NCBI GenBank assembly: GCA_017651225.1 | Contig: JAGCDF010000052.1 | Coordinates: forward strand, 6,991 to 70,990 | Source: Bacteroidales bacterium | GTDB taxonomy: Bacteria; Bacteroidota; Bacteroidia; Bacteroidales; UBA932 | DNA: 64,000 bases | Direction: 5' to 3' | Shown: positions 18,776 to 28,805 of the stretch, piece by piece | Layout of the letters: the number at the start of each line of letters is the position of its first letter | Position numbering within the stretch: the first letter of the stretch is position 1 | Program-made: the position numbers and the translations under genes | The notes under the pieces: model-generated | Told to the model about the DNA's origin: nothing | Seen by the model: the letters and a program-made list of their open reading frames with translations, nothing else | Databases searched by the model: none

Positions 18776-20473
18776 CTATCTGGATTCCAGGACTTTCGCG
18801 TGGGGATGCCCGGCAACGGCTGCCTTCCAGATATCGTTGTAGCCGCCGTACTGGAGATCCTTCGGGAAGCCGGGACCGTGCTCCGTGTGGAGGAAGTTCC
18901 CGTCCTCGTCCTGGGCCTTGATGTTGCCGTCGATGAACTTGACGAGCAGCAGCTCCTCGAGCCTGGTCCAGGCTGCAAACTGCTCCTGGGCCGTCTCCAC
19001 GCTGTATTTCGTCATCAGGCGGCGCGCTTTGCGCAGGCGCCCCTGCTGGACAAGTTTCGCGAGCTTCGCGTCCATCTCCGGGATGCCGCGCTCCAGTTGG
19101 TCGCGCTCGAAAGCCTCCGCCGCGCCGCGGGCCACGGGCGCCATCCGGTCATACATCTTGTAGCAGGCGTTGGCCACGCGGTTGCACATCCAGAACTGCG
19201 CCGTGGGGCTGTAGTGGAGCATGTCGCCGTTGCCCTCGCGCAGGCACTCCGGCACCCGGGTGAGGTTGGCGTAGATGGGCGTCAGATAGGAAGTGGCGGC
19301 GTCGTCGCAGCCGAACCAGATCAGGGCGCCGACTTCGTCGGGGAGGTTCGGGCGCGCCTGGGCGACGAACCAGAAGCCCGTCTGCTGGGTGGCGATGGCG
19401 CGCTCGTTGAGGTAGGTTTTCCCATCCACGGTGAAATTCATCGGACGCCAGCGGTAGGGCAGGCCGTTGCCGCCCGCGCCGATGTCGGTGGTCATGTCCA
19501 TGGGGGTGCCCTCGTAGTGGTCGCGCATCACGAAGGCCACGTCGGCCACGGTCACTTTGCGGGCCGGCTTGATGAAGAGCGGCATCTCGCCCTGCAGGTC
19601 GTAGCCCATCGCGTAGTCCAGCCAGTCGGAAGCCGGCCGGCTGACCTCGGCGCCGTTCTCCTCATAGACGAACTGGCCGCCGCCGAGGATGTTGAAGGCG
19701 CTCCAGGCACGGGCGTCGCAGGCGCGCGCTCCGCCGAAATCGAGCGGATTGTACGCATCGCGGAAGCTGAAATCGGCATCCTCCCCCTCGTACCAGCCCT
19801 GCTCGCGGGCGAAGCTGATCACGTCCGGGGCGAAGAGGCAGTTCTCCGGATCATCCTGCGGGAAACGCGTGATGCGGGCCTGGTTGGCGTGGGCGCAGAT
19901 GTAGCCGTCCGGCACGCGCCGCGCCACCCACACGATGCCCTTGTTGTCCGCGCCTTTGCCCACGAGATCCATCACCCAGGCCTCGTGCGGGTCGGCGATC
20001 GAGAAGGTCTCGCCCTCGGAGGGGTAGCCGTAGGTATTGGCGAGCTCCACGATGGTCGCGATGGCCTCGCGCGCCGTCGTGGCGCGCTGCAGGGTCACGT
20101 AGATGAGGGAACCGTAGTCCATGATGCCGGCGGGGTCCATCTGCTCCTCGCGGCCGCCCCAGGTGGTCTCACCGATGATGAGCTGGCGCTGGTTCATGTT
20201 GCCGACGGTCTGCCAGGTGCGCGCCACCTGCGCGATGCTGCCTGTCGGGCGGCCCGTGTCCCACTCGTTGATGGCGAGCAGCGAACCGGCCTTGAAGCGG
20301 CCCGCGGGGCGGAAATAGAGTTCGCCGAAGAGGCCGTGCGAGTCGGCGGCGTAGGAGACCATGCTGGAGCCGTCGGCGCTGGCGCCGGGGGTGATGATGA
20401 CGTTGGTACAAGCGTCTGCACGCCCGGCCGAAAGGGCCGCGGCAAGCAGGATGATGCACAGAAATTTTCTCAT
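18776..20473 (-). CDS. C69 family dipeptidase (Ntn-hydrolase)
   Basis: Signal peptide followed by ACTNVIITPGASADGS with N-terminal nucleophile Cys; GETTWGGR and AHANQARI motifs. Real start is ATG 20473. Confidence 0.9.
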   Translation of the reverse strand: MRKFLCIILLAAALSAGRADACTNVIITPGASADGSSMVSYAADSHGLFGELYFRPAGRFKAGSLLAINEWDTGRPTGSIAQVARTWQTVGNMNQRQLIIGETTWGGREEQMDPAGIMDYGSLIYVTLQRATTAREAIATIVELANTYGYPSEGETFSIADPHEAWVMDLVGKGADNKGIVWVARRVPDGYICAHANQARITRFPQDDPENCLFAPDVISFAREQGWYEGEDADFSFRDAYNPLDFGGARACDARAWSAFNILGGGQFVYEENGAEVSRPASDWLDYAMGYDLQGEMPLFIKPARKVTVADVAFVMRDHYEGTPMDMTTDIGAGGNGLPYRWRPMNFTVDGKTYLNERAIATQQTGFWFVAQARPNLPDEVGALIWFGCDDAATSYLTPIYANLTRVPECLREGNGDMLHYSPTAQFWMCNRVANACYKMYDRMAPVARGAAEAFERDQLERGIPEMDAKLAKLVQQGRLRKARRLMTKYSVETAQEQFAAWTRLEELLLVKFIDGNIKAQDEDGNFLHTEHGPGFPKDLQYGGYNDIWKAAVAGHPHAKVLESR

Positions 20474-20503
20474 TTTATCTTTTCTTCTTAAATTTGCAGG
20501 CTT

Positions 20504-20917
20504 ATGAAATACAAAGCTATAAAAATTTTCGGGATTGCCGCGATGCTGCTCCTGCCCTTCAAGGCCGGAGCGCAGCAGCCGCAGAGCGAAGAAGAAGTCG
20601 CCAGGCAGCTGCGCGAGACCATTGACCAGACGATTTCGAACTACGAGAAGATGCTCGGGCTCGAGGACTGGCAGACCTTCTACGTGGACTCCATCCTGAC
20701 CCATGACTACGAAGCCCTCCGCAACGAACTCAAGGGTCTGCAGGCCGCGAAGATGAGCAACACCGACGTGTACCAGCAGGTGCAGGACAAGTGGGCCGAG
20801 CAGGTCTACGTGGCCATGCAGAAGGTGCTCGACGAGAAGCAGTGGGAGAAGTACCTCAAGGCCGGGGCCGCCCGCGAAAAGAAAGCGCGCGACAAGCGCG
20901 CCGCAAAACGCAATTAG
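20504..20917 (+). CDS. Hypothetical secreted alpha-helical protein
   Basis: Signal peptide, helical charged sequence, basic C-terminus; TAAATTTG ends 7 nt before the ATG. Confidence 0.8.
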   Translation: MKYKAIKIFGIAAMLLLPFKAGAQQPQSEEEVARQLRETIDQTISNYEKMLGLEDWQTFYVDSILTHDYEALRNELKGLQAAKMSNTDVYQQVQDKWAEQVYVAMQKVLDEKQWEKYLKAGAAREKKARDKRAAKRN

Positions 20918-20936
20918 AATCATTCGCAATATCATA

Positions 20937-20959
20937 GTCATTCCGGGCTTGACCCGGAA
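20937..20959 (+). repeat. GTCA-tagged REP-like palindrome upstream of pheS
   Basis: GTCA-TTCCGGG-cttga-CCCGGAA. Confidence 0.65.
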
Positions 20960-20974
20960 ACTGTTTCGTAAGAA

Positions 20975-22015
20975 ATGAAAAGAGAAGATATCGACAGGGT
21001 CCTTGCGGAGCTGAAAGCGCTCCAGTGCAAGACGCAGAAGGAAGTGGAAGAAGCGCGTGTGCGCTTCCTCGGCCGCAAAGGCGAGATCACGGCGCTCTTC
21101 GAAGAGTTCCGCACCGTGGACAAGGAGATGAAGCGCGAATTCGGCCGCACGCTCAACGAGCTCAAGAACGCCGCGCAGGAGACGATCGACCGCCTCCGCG
21201 ACAGCCTCGGCGAGGAGGGCGGCAGCGAGGGTCCGAAGCAGGACCTCTCGATGCCTGGCGACCCGCTCGAGCTGGGCTCCCGCCATCCGGTCTCGATCGT
21301 CCGCCAGGAGATCGTGGACATCTTCCGCAAGTTCGGCTACGACGTCGCGGAAGGGCCCGAGGTGGAGGACGACTACCACGTTTTCGAGGCGCTCAACTTC
21401 CCCCCGAACCACCCTGCGCGTGACATGCAGGACACCTTCTTCGTGTCCACGGGGCATCCCAATCCGCTCCTGCTCCGCACCCACACGTCCAGCGTCCAGG
21501 TGCGCACGATGGAGCGCATGAAGAATCCGCCCATCCGCGTGATCTGCCCGGGCCGCGTGTTCCGCAACGAGGCCATCAGCGCCCGCGCGCACTGCATCTT
21601 CCACCAGGTGGAGGGCCTCTACATCGATGAGAATGTGACCTTCGCCGACCTTAAGCAGGCCATCCTGCTCTTCGCCCGCGAGATGTTCGGTCCCGAGACC
21701 GAGATCCGCATGCGTCCGTCCTTCTTCCCCTTCACGGAGCCGTCCGCCGAGGTGGACGTCAGCTGCAACATCTGCCACGGCAAGGGTTGCAACATCTGCA
21801 AGGGAACGGGCTGGCTGGAGATCCTGGGCTGCGGCATGGTGGACCCGAACGTCCTCGAGGCCAGCGGGATCGACTCCAAGAAATACAGCGGCTTCGCCTT
21901 CGGAATGGGCCTGGAGCGCATCGCGATGCTCAAATGGCGGGTCAACGACCTGCGCCACTACTTCGAGAACGATATGCGTTTCCTCCAGGAGTTCAACTCC
22001 GCCGTCGAAGTATAG
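20975..22015 (+). CDS. pheS: Phenylalanine--tRNA ligase alpha subunit
   Basis: HPARDMQDTF, LLRTHTS, FHQVEG, FPFTEPSAE and GFAFGMGLERIAM motifs. Confidence 0.99.
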   Translation: MKREDIDRVLAELKALQCKTQKEVEEARVRFLGRKGEITALFEEFRTVDKEMKREFGRTLNELKNAAQETIDRLRDSLGEEGGSEGPKQDLSMPGDPLELGSRHPVSIVRQEIVDIFRKFGYDVAEGPEVEDDYHVFEALNFPPNHPARDMQDTFFVSTGHPNPLLLRTHTSSVQVRTMERMKNPPIRVICPGRVFRNEAISARAHCIFHQVEGLYIDENVTFADLKQAILLFAREMFGPETEIRMRPSFFPFTEPSAEVDVSCNICHGKGCNICKGTGWLEILGCGMVDPNVLEASGIDSKKYSGFAFGMGLERIAMLKWRVNDLRHYFENDMRFLQEFNSAVEV

Positions 22016-22022
22016 ATAATAA

Positions 22023-22090
22023 AGGGACCCGCGCACCGGACTTGACAGGTGGGCGGGCCCTGTGTTCTTGAAACCACGTTAAAAACAAGA
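22023..22090 (+). promoter_or_regulatory. Probable preQ1-I riboswitch (aptamer 22061-22090) with an upstream hairpin
   Basis: P1 ugug/cacg, loop UUCUUGAAAC, A-rich tail UUAAAAACAAG able to pseudoknot with loop CUUG; ends 7 nt before the ATG of a queuosine precursor transporter-queF pair. Confidence 0.7.
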
Positions 22091-22097
22091 GAAAAAC

Positions 22098-22796
22098 ATG
22101 TCAAAAAATCATTTCAGCACGCGGTTCGTGCTGATCGCCACCACGTTGATCGTTTGTCTGATCACGTCCAATTTCTTTGTCCCGCGTCTCTGGCAGGTAG
22201 CCGGCCTGCCCTTGCAGCTGTCCGGCGCCGTCCTGCTGTTCCCGGTTACCTACATCCTGAACGACTGTGTGACTGAGGTTTACGGCTACCGCAAAGCCCG
22301 TTTTGTCATCTGGATCGCATTTGTGCTGAGCGCCTTCGTGGCGATGATGTCGCAGTTGATCTGCTGGCTTCCCGCTCCGCTTCAGGAGGAGAGCCTCCCC
22401 GTGGCCGAGGCCTTCAATTCGCTCTTCAGCATGGTGCCCCGCACCACCATCGCCTCGCTGTTCGCCTTCTTCGTCGGCTCCACAGTCAACGCATGGATCA
22501 TGAGCCGCATGAAGGTTGCCTCGGAGGGCAGGCGTTTCGGCAGCCGCGCCATTCTCTCTTCCGTGGGCGGTGAAGTGTCCGACTCGCTCATCTTCTACCC
22601 GGCGGCGTTCTGGGGTGTACTGCCCCTGTCCGTCGTGATGCAGCTGGCCGTCACGCAGGTGTGCGTCAAGTTGCTCTACGAATTGGTCGCCCTGCCGCTG
22701 ACCTCCTGGTTCGTGAACAGCGTCAAGCGCGCCGAGGGCATCGACACCTACGACCGGAAAGTCTCCTACAATCCTTTCAAAATCAAAGATTTCTAG
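22098..22796 (+). CDS. yhhQ: Queuosine precursor transporter (YhhQ/Vut_1 family)
   Basis: Multi-TM protein with FPVTYILNDCVTEVYG, PRTTIASLFAF and C-terminal YNPF; adjacent to queF. Confidence 0.92.
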   Translation: MSKNHFSTRFVLIATTLIVCLITSNFFVPRLWQVAGLPLQLSGAVLLFPVTYILNDCVTEVYGYRKARFVIWIAFVLSAFVAMMSQLICWLPAPLQEESLPVAEAFNSLFSMVPRTTIASLFAFFVGSTVNAWIMSRMKVASEGRRFGSRAILSSVGGEVSDSLIFYPAAFWGVLPLSVVMQLAVTQVCVKLLYELVALPLTSWFVNSVKRAEGIDTYDRKVSYNPFKIKDF

Positions 22797-22799
22797 TTT

Positions 22800-23255
22800 A
22801 TGGACAGAAGCCAAGACGGCCTGCAGTCCCTGGGCCGCAAGACCGAATATCGCCAGGACTACGCCCCCGAGGTCCTCGAGACCTTCGAGAACCGCCACCC
22901 CGAGAACGACTACTGGGTGCGCTTCAACTGCCCGGAGTTCACGACCCTGTGCCCGATCACGGGCCAGCCGGACTTCGCCGAGATCCGCATCAGTTACATT
23001 CCCGACCACCGCATGGTGGAGAGCAAGAGCCTCAAGCTCTACCTCTTCAGCTTTCGCAGCCACGGTGACTTCCACGAGGACGTCGTCAACACCATCATGA
23101 AGGACCTCATCGGCCTGATGGACCCCAAATACATCGAGGTCACGGGCCTCTTCACCCCGCGCGGCGGCATCTCCATCTACCCCTACGCCAACTACGGCCG
23201 CCCCGGCACGAAGTACGAAAAACTCGCCGAGCAGCGCTTCGCTTCTCACGAATAA
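22800..23255 (+). CDS. queF: NADPH-dependent preQ0 reductase, unimodular type
   Basis: [28 protein letters not shown] and PRGGI motifs. Confidence 0.98.
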   Translation: MDRSQDGLQSLGRKTEYRQDYAPEVLETFENRHPENDYWVRFNCPEFTTLCPITGQPDFAEIRISYIPDHRMVESKSLKLYLFSFRSHGDFHEDVVNTIMKDLIGLMDPKYIEVTGLFTPRGGISIYPYANYGRPGTKYEKLAEQRFASHE

Positions 23256-23293
23256 TTGCTATCTTGCAGGAACATTCCTTGAAACTGCAAGCA

Positions 23294-24064
23294 ATGAAGA
23301 ATTACTTTGACCTTTCCGGACGCGTCGCGGTTGTGACCGGCGCATCCACCGGCCTGGGCCTCCAGATGGCCAAGGCCTTTGCGAGCCAGGGCGCCAACCT
23401 GGTGCTCCTCGCCCGCCGCATGAACCTCCTGGAGGAGAACGCCAAGTCCATCCACGACGAGTTCGGCGTGGACGTGCTGCCGTTCGCCTGCGATATCACC
23501 GACACCGAGAAAGTCAAGGCCGCCGTGGCCGCCACGATGGAGCGCTTCGGCCGCGTGGACATCCTGATGAACAACGCCGGCACGGGCGCCGTGGCCCCGG
23601 CCGAGGAGATCACCGACGAGCAGTTCAAAAAGGAGATGGACATCGACCTCTTCGGCACGTTCAACTGCTCCCGCGAGTTCGGCAAGGAGATGATCAAGGC
23701 CGGCTACGGCCGCATCATCAACATCGCCTCGATGTACGGCCTGGTGGGCAACCTCATCGTCGGTTCCGCCCCGTACCACGCCGCCAAGGGCGGTGTCGTG
23801 AACCTGACCCGCGCCCTCGCGGCCGAGTGGGGCAAGCACGGTATCACGGTCAACAGCATCTGCCCGGGTTACTTCTACACGGATCTGACCACGGCCACCC
23901 TGGATTCCGATTACTTCCAGGCCATCGCGAAAAACAATATTCCGCTGGGCCGCTACGGCAAGCAGGGCGAGCTCGACACCTGCGCGCTCTTCCTGGCCTC
24001 GCCGGCTTCGACCTACGTGAACGGCCAGAACATCGCCGTCGACGGCGGTTACACCTGCATCTAG
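23294..24064 (+). CDS. SDR family oxidoreductase (gluconate 5-dehydrogenase-like)
   Basis: TGASTGLG, NNAG, YHAAKG and VDGG motifs. Confidence 0.9.
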   Translation: MKNYFDLSGRVAVVTGASTGLGLQMAKAFASQGANLVLLARRMNLLEENAKSIHDEFGVDVLPFACDITDTEKVKAAVAATMERFGRVDILMNNAGTGAVAPAEEITDEQFKKEMDIDLFGTFNCSREFGKEMIKAGYGRIINIASMYGLVGNLIVGSAPYHAAKGGVVNLTRALAAEWGKHGITVNSICPGYFYTDLTTATLDSDYFQAIAKNNIPLGRYGKQGELDTCALFLASPASTYVNGQNIAVDGGYTCI

Positions 24065-24083
24065 GGGTTACTGCAAATCCTTG

Positions 24084-24118
24084 AAAGACCGCATTGCGAA
24101 AACGATGCGGTCTTTTTT
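24084..24118 (+). terminator. Intrinsic terminator
   Basis: aaagaccgcatt...gatgcggtcttt stem with a T6 tract. Confidence 0.85.
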
Positions 24119-24255
24119 AGTTATAGATTGTAAGGATATATTGGGATAAAATGAATAATTGTTAATAAAGCATATGTCTTAATTCGACTTTGCGGGAAAT
24201 TTGCGATTGAATATCAATATTTTGCGAAATTATTTTTATTAATCAAATTTTTGTC

Positions 24256-24308
24256 TATCTTTGCAATGCGGTGCCTCCCGGTCCCCGCCCGGACGACGGG
24301 AGAGCCGC
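24256..24308 (+). promoter_or_regulatory. Aconitase promoter (-7 TATCTTTG) and GC-rich 5' leader hairpin
   Basis: TATCTTTG at 24256-24263; nested stem gcggt/gccgc, ctcccg/cgggag, gtcc/ggac at 24268-24308. Confidence 0.6.
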
Positions 24309-24350
24309 GACAGATTAGTTAGTTGTGTTTATATCGGTTAGAAGATCCGT

Positions 24351-26546
24351 ATGTTCGATTTGGAGACCGTGAAGTCCTTTTACAAGGGCTATGGGGAACG
24401 GGTAGCGGCCGTCCGGCAAATGCTGGGCAGGCCGCTGACGTTGTCGGAGAAGATCTTGTATTCCCACGTGTACGATCCGGCTTCCATGAAGCCCCTGAGG
24501 CGACTGGAAGATTTCGGCGAGTTCCGTCCCGACCGCGTGGCGATGCAGGACGCGACGGCGCAGATGGCGCTGTTGCAGTTCATGAGCACGGGCCGCGAGG
24601 CCGTGAGCGTGCCCACCACGGTCCATTGCGATCACCTCATCTGCGCGAAGAAAGGCGCTGAGACGGATCTCGCGGACGCCCTGAAGACCAACGCGGAAGT
24701 CTACGATTTCCTGGCCTCTGCGGCAGCCCGTTACGGCATCGGCTTCTGGAAGCCGGGTGCCGGTATCATCCATCAGATCGTCCTGGAGAACTACGCGTTC
24801 CCGGGCGGCATGATGGTCGGGACGGATTCCCATACGCCCAACGCGGGCGGTATGGGCATGTTGGCCATCGGTGTGGGCGGCGCCGATGCGGTGGACGTGA
24901 TGACGGGCATGCCCTGGGAGCTGCGGATGCCGCGCCTGATCGGCGTGCGGCTGACCGGCTCGCTGAAGGGCTGGGCCACGCCCAAGGACGTGATCCTCAA
25001 GCTCGCCGGCCTGCTGACCGTCAAAGGCGGCACCAACGCCATCCTCGAATATTTCGGCCCCGGCACGGAGAACCTCTCCTGCACCGGCAAGGCCACGATC
25101 TGCAATATGGGCGCCGAGGTCGGCGCCACGAGCTCCGTCTTCCCGTACGGCGTGCACATCGCCGAGTACCTGATGGCCACGGGCCGCAAGGACGTGGCGG
25201 CGATGGCGTCTTCGCTCTGCTGCGAGCTGCGCGCGGACGATGCCGTGATCGCGCACCCGGAGCAGTATTTCGACGAAGTCGTGCAGATTAACCTCTCCGA
25301 GCTTGAACCCTACATCAACGGTCCGTATACGCCGGACGCCGCCTGCGCGCTCAGCGAGATGAAGGACCGCCAGGCGCGGGAGCGTTTCCCGCACCAGGTG
25401 GAAGTGAGCCTCATCGGCTCCTGCACCAATTCCTCTTACCAGGACCTCGCGTCCGCGGCCTCCGTGGCGCGCGCGGCGCTGGACGCCGGGCTGAAGCCGA
25501 AGGCGAAGCTGCTCGTCGTCCCGGGCAGCGCGCAGATCCGCGCGACGGCCGAGCGCGACGGCCTGCTGGACTCTCTGCGGGAGGCCGGCGCCACCATCAT
25601 GGCGAACGCCTGCGGCCCCTGCATCGGCCAGTGGGAGCGCGAGACGGACGACCCGACGCGCCCGAACACCATCGTCACGAGTTTCAACCGCAATTTCGCG
25701 AAACGCGCCGACGGCAACCCCGAGACGCGCGCCTTCATCTCCTCCCCGTCGATGGCGGTCGCGCTCGCCTTCGCCGGCCGGCTCGACTTTGATCCCCGCT
25801 CCGAGACGCTGGACGGCGTGTGGATGCGCGCCCCGCGCGGCCAGGAGCTGCCCCCGGCGGGCTTCGTGCCCGATACGTCGGGCTACGTGGCCCCGCAACC
25901 CGGCAGCCCCGAGCCGGTCATTCGCCCCGACAGCAAGCGCCTGCAGCGCCTGCAGCCTTTCGCCCCCTGGGACGGCAAGGACCTGATGGGCCTGCCGCTG
26001 CTGATCAAGGTCAAGGGCAAGTGCACCACCGACCACATCTCGATGGCCGGCCCGTGGCTGAAGTTCCGCGGCCATCTGGAGAATATTTCCGACAACCTGC
26101 TGCTGGGGGCGACCGACGCCTTCACCGGCAAATCCGGCCCCGTGGCCCCGCGCGCCAAGATCCTTCGGGATGCCGGCGCGGGCAGCATCGTCGTGGCCGA
26201 GGACAACTACGGCGAGGGTTCCAGCCGCGAACACGCGGCGATGGAGCCGCGCTTCCTGGGCGTGCGCGCCGTGCTCGCCAAGAGCTTCGCGCGCATCCAC
26301 GAGACCAATCTCAAGAAGCAGGGCGTGCTGGCCCTGACCTTCGCGAACCCGACGGACTACGCCAAGATCCGCCTGGGCGACAAGCTGGACGTGCTCTGCT
26401 CTTCGATCACCCCGGGCAAGACGATCACCGTGACCATCTGCCACGAGAACGGCTCGCAGGAGCGCATCCAGGCCAACCATAGCTATACCCCGCAGCAGAT
26501 CGCCTGGTTCCGGGCGGGCTCTGCCCTCAATACCCTGTCCAAATGA
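24351..26546 (+). CDS. acnA: Aconitate hydratase (mitochondrial-type clade)
   Basis: [47 protein letters not shown] and GSSREHAA motifs. Confidence 0.97.
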   Translation: MFDLETVKSFYKGYGERVAAVRQMLGRPLTLSEKILYSHVYDPASMKPLRRLEDFGEFRPDRVAMQDATAQMALLQFMSTGREAVSVPTTVHCDHLICAKKGAETDLADALKTNAEVYDFLASAAARYGIGFWKPGAGIIHQIVLENYAFPGGMMVGTDSHTPNAGGMGMLAIGVGGADAVDVMTGMPWELRMPRLIGVRLTGSLKGWATPKDVILKLAGLLTVKGGTNAILEYFGPGTENLSCTGKATICNMGAEVGATSSVFPYGVHIAEYLMATGRKDVAAMASSLCCELRADDAVIAHPEQYFDEVVQINLSELEPYINGPYTPDAACALSEMKDRQARERFPHQVEVSLIGSCTNSSYQDLASAASVARAALDAGLKPKAKLLVVPGSAQIRATAERDGLLDSLREAGATIMANACGPCIGQWERETDDPTRPNTIVTSFNRNFAKRADGNPETRAFISSPSMAVALAFAGRLDFDPRSETLDGVWMRAPRGQELPPAGFVPDTSGYVAPQPGSPEPVIRPDSKRLQRLQPFAPWDGKDLMGLPLLIKVKGKCTTDHISMAGPWLKFRGHLENISDNLLLGATDAFTGKSGPVAPRAKILRDAGAGSIVVAEDNYGEGSSREHAAMEPRFLGVRAVLAKSFARIHETNLKKQGVLALTFANPTDYAKIRLGDKLDVLCSSITPGKTITVTICHENGSQERIQANHSYTPQQIAWFRAGSALNTLSK

Positions 26547-27901
26547 CCACGAAGACCAAGAAAGAATTCCTCATCTACAAGCTCTCCGAGGAAATGAAGG
26601 GGAGCACCCGGATGGATGCCGCCCTGTTCAAAAAACTGGACGTCAAGCGAGGTCTTCGCAACGAGGACGGCACCGGTGTGCTGGTCGGACTGACCAACAT
26701 CGGTAACGTCGTGGGCTACGAGCGCAAGGACGATGGGTCGATCGTGCCCATCGAGGGCAAGCTCTATTTCCGGGGCTATGAGGTGAAGGATCTCGTCCAC
26801 GCCATCATGGCCGAGAAGCGTTTCGGCTATGAGGAGATCTGCTTCCTGCTCCTGTCCGGCCGCCTGCCGGACGCGGAGGAGCTTCAGGCTTTCAAGGAGC
26901 TGATTATCGACAACATGCCGCTCGAGCAGAAGACCATCCTGCACATCATCGAGCTGGAAGGCGACGACATCATGAACATCCTCGCGCGCAGCGTGATGGA
27001 GTTCTACACTTTCGACGAGAATCCGGACGACGTGTCGCGCGACAACCTGATGCGCCAGAGCATCGAGCTCATCTCGAAGTTCCCGACCACGATCGCCTAC
27101 GCGTATAATATGTACCGGCACCACCACCACGGCCGCTCCCTGCACATCCGCGACGCCCAGCCGGGCCTGTCGCTGGCGGAGAATTTCCTCTATATGCTAA
27201 AGGGAACGGACTACACCGCGCTGGACGCACGTACGCTGGACCTGCTGCTCATCCTGCATTCCGAGCACGGCGGTGGTAACAACTCCACCTTCACGGTGCG
27301 GGTGACTTCCTCCACCGGCACGGACACCTTCTCTTCCATCGCGGCCGGCATCGGCTCGCTGAAGGGTCCCAAGCACGGTGGTGCGAATCTCAAGGTCTGC
27401 GACATGATCTCCTTCCTCAAGGAGAATATCACCAACTGGGAGGACGAGAAAGAGATTGCCAAGTGGCTGCGCCGCATTGTCAAGGGGGAGGCGTTCGACA
27501 AGAGCGGCCTCGTGTACGGCATCGGCCACGCGGTGTATACCAAGTCCGATCCGCGTACCGTCCTGCTCAAGGAGATGGCGCGCGAGCTCGCGATCGAGAA
27601 GGGCCGCCTGCCCGAATTTGAGTTCATGGAGCGCATCGAGCGCATCGCCATCGAGGAGGTCTATGCCGCCAAGGGGCAGCGCAAGGTGCTCTGCGCCAAT
27701 GTCGACTTCTACTCGGGCTTTGTCTACGACCTGATCGGCATTCCGCGCGAGATCTACACGCCGCTCTTCGCGATGGCCCGTATCGTAGGCTGGTGCGCGC
27801 ACCGCAACGAGGAGCTCAACTACGAGGGGCGCCGCATCATCCGCCCCGCCTACCGCTGCGTCACCGACGAGAAAGAATACATCGAAATGGCTGATCGTTA
27901 G
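26543..27901 (+). CDS. gltA: Citrate synthase family protein
   Basis: [25 protein letters not shown] and ANVDFYSG motifs; ATGA overlap with aconitase. Confidence 0.93.
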   Translation: MTTKTKKEFLIYKLSEEMKGSTRMDAALFKKLDVKRGLRNEDGTGVLVGLTNIGNVVGYERKDDGSIVPIEGKLYFRGYEVKDLVHAIMAEKRFGYEEICFLLLSGRLPDAEELQAFKELIIDNMPLEQKTILHIIELEGDDIMNILARSVMEFYTFDENPDDVSRDNLMRQSIELISKFPTTIAYAYNMYRHHHHGRSLHIRDAQPGLSLAENFLYMLKGTDYTALDARTLDLLLILHSEHGGGNNSTFTVRVTSSTGTDTFSSIAAGIGSLKGPKHGGANLKVCDMISFLKENITNWEDEKEIAKWLRRIVKGEAFDKSGLVYGIGHAVYTKSDPRTVLLKEMARELAIEKGRLPEFEFMERIERIAIEEVYAAKGQRKVLCANVDFYSGFVYDLIGIPREIYTPLFAMARIVGWCAHRNEELNYEGRRIIRPAYRCVTDEKEYIEMADR

Positions 27902-27920
27902 CGATCAGCCATTTCTCTTT
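27884..27920 (+). terminator. Terminator hairpin with the gltA stop codon in its loop
   Basis: Perfect 14-bp stem gaaatggctgatcg/cgatcagccatttc, loop ttag, followed by tcttt. Confidence 0.7.
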
Positions 27921-27922
27921 CC

Positions 27923-28025
27923 GGGCTTGCCGTGCGTTGGCGTTGTGGAGGGCGGAGCAGAAATTGGTTTTTCGAGCAACTGCACGAAAAATAATTTCTG
28001 GCCGCCCGCGGGGAGAGGCAAGCCC
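27923..28025. repeat. About 103-bp imperfect palindromic element (MITE/REPIN-like) between gltA and trpA
   Basis: Terminal inverted repeat gggcttgcc/ggcaagccc, with inner pairs gggcgg/ccgccc, cagaaatt/aatttctg and tttttcg/cgaaaaa. Confidence 0.6.
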
Positions 28026-28801
28026 TACAGTCCGATGTCGGCTTTCAGCTGGCGGATGGCGGTTTCGGCGTCGCCGCCGGCTTGGTCGAGCAGCGTCACG
28101 AAGCGGCTGCCGATGATGCCGCCGGAAGCGTGCTCGCAGGCAGCGTCGAAGGTCTGCTTGTTGCTGATGCCGAAGCCGACCATCCGCGGAATGCGCAGCC
28201 CCATGTCTGCGATCCGCTTGAAATACGCCTGCTTCCGGGCGTCGAAATCCTGCTGCGCGCCCGTCGTGGCGGCCGAGGAGACCATGTAGATGAAGCCGGA
28301 CGTGTGCTCGTCGATCAGGCGCACCCGCTCCTCGGAGGTCTCCGGGGTGATCAGCATGATGAAACGCAGCCCGAAACGCTCGGCCACGGCCTTGTAGCTC
28401 TCCATGTAATCCTTGAACGGCAGGTCCGGGATGATGATTCCGTCCACGCCCACCTCGGCGCAGCGCGCGCAGAACGCCTCGAAACCGAAGCGGAATACTG
28501 GGTTGAGGTAGCCCATCAGGATGAGGGGAATGTCCACGTCGCGGCGGATGCCCGCCAGCTGCGCGAAGAGCTTCTCGAGGGTCATGCCGTTCCGCAGTGC
28601 CTTCGTGGCGGCGTCCTGGATCACGGGGCCGTCGGCCATCGGATCGCTGAAGGGGATGCCGATCTCGATCATGTCCACGCCCTCGCGGGCGAGGGTGCGG
28701 ATCACGTCGGCGGTGCCGTCGAGGGTGGGCGCACCGGCGCAAAAGTAAATGGAGAGCAGGCGCTGCGGCTTGCTGCTGAAGAGTTGGTCTATTCTGTTCA
28801 T
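28025..28801 (-). CDS. trpA: Tryptophan synthase alpha subunit
   Basis: EIGIPFSDPMADGPVIQ, LMGYLNP and VGFGIS motifs. Confidence 0.98.
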   Translation of the reverse strand: MNRIDQLFSSKPQRLLSIYFCAGAPTLDGTADVIRTLAREGVDMIEIGIPFSDPMADGPVIQDAATKALRNGMTLEKLFAQLAGIRRDVDIPLILMGYLNPVFRFGFEAFCARCAEVGVDGIIIPDLPFKDYMESYKAVAERFGLRFIMLITPETSEERVRLIDEHTSGFIYMVSSAATTGAQQDFDARKQAYFKRIADMGLRIPRMVGFGISNKQTFDAACEHASGGIIGSRFVTLLDQAGGDAETAIRQLKADIGL

Positions 28802-28805
28802 GGTC

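Noticed and set aside
18776-22036. 1086-aa ORF appearing as a large fusion to the C69 dipeptidase
   Set aside because: The N-terminal half is antisense to pheS and the hypothetical gene; the real protein starts with a signal peptide at 20473.
22042-22047. TTGACA as a sigma70 -35 box
   Set aside because: There is no matching -10 at the right spacing, Bacteroidota use a different consensus, and it lies in a hairpin loop.
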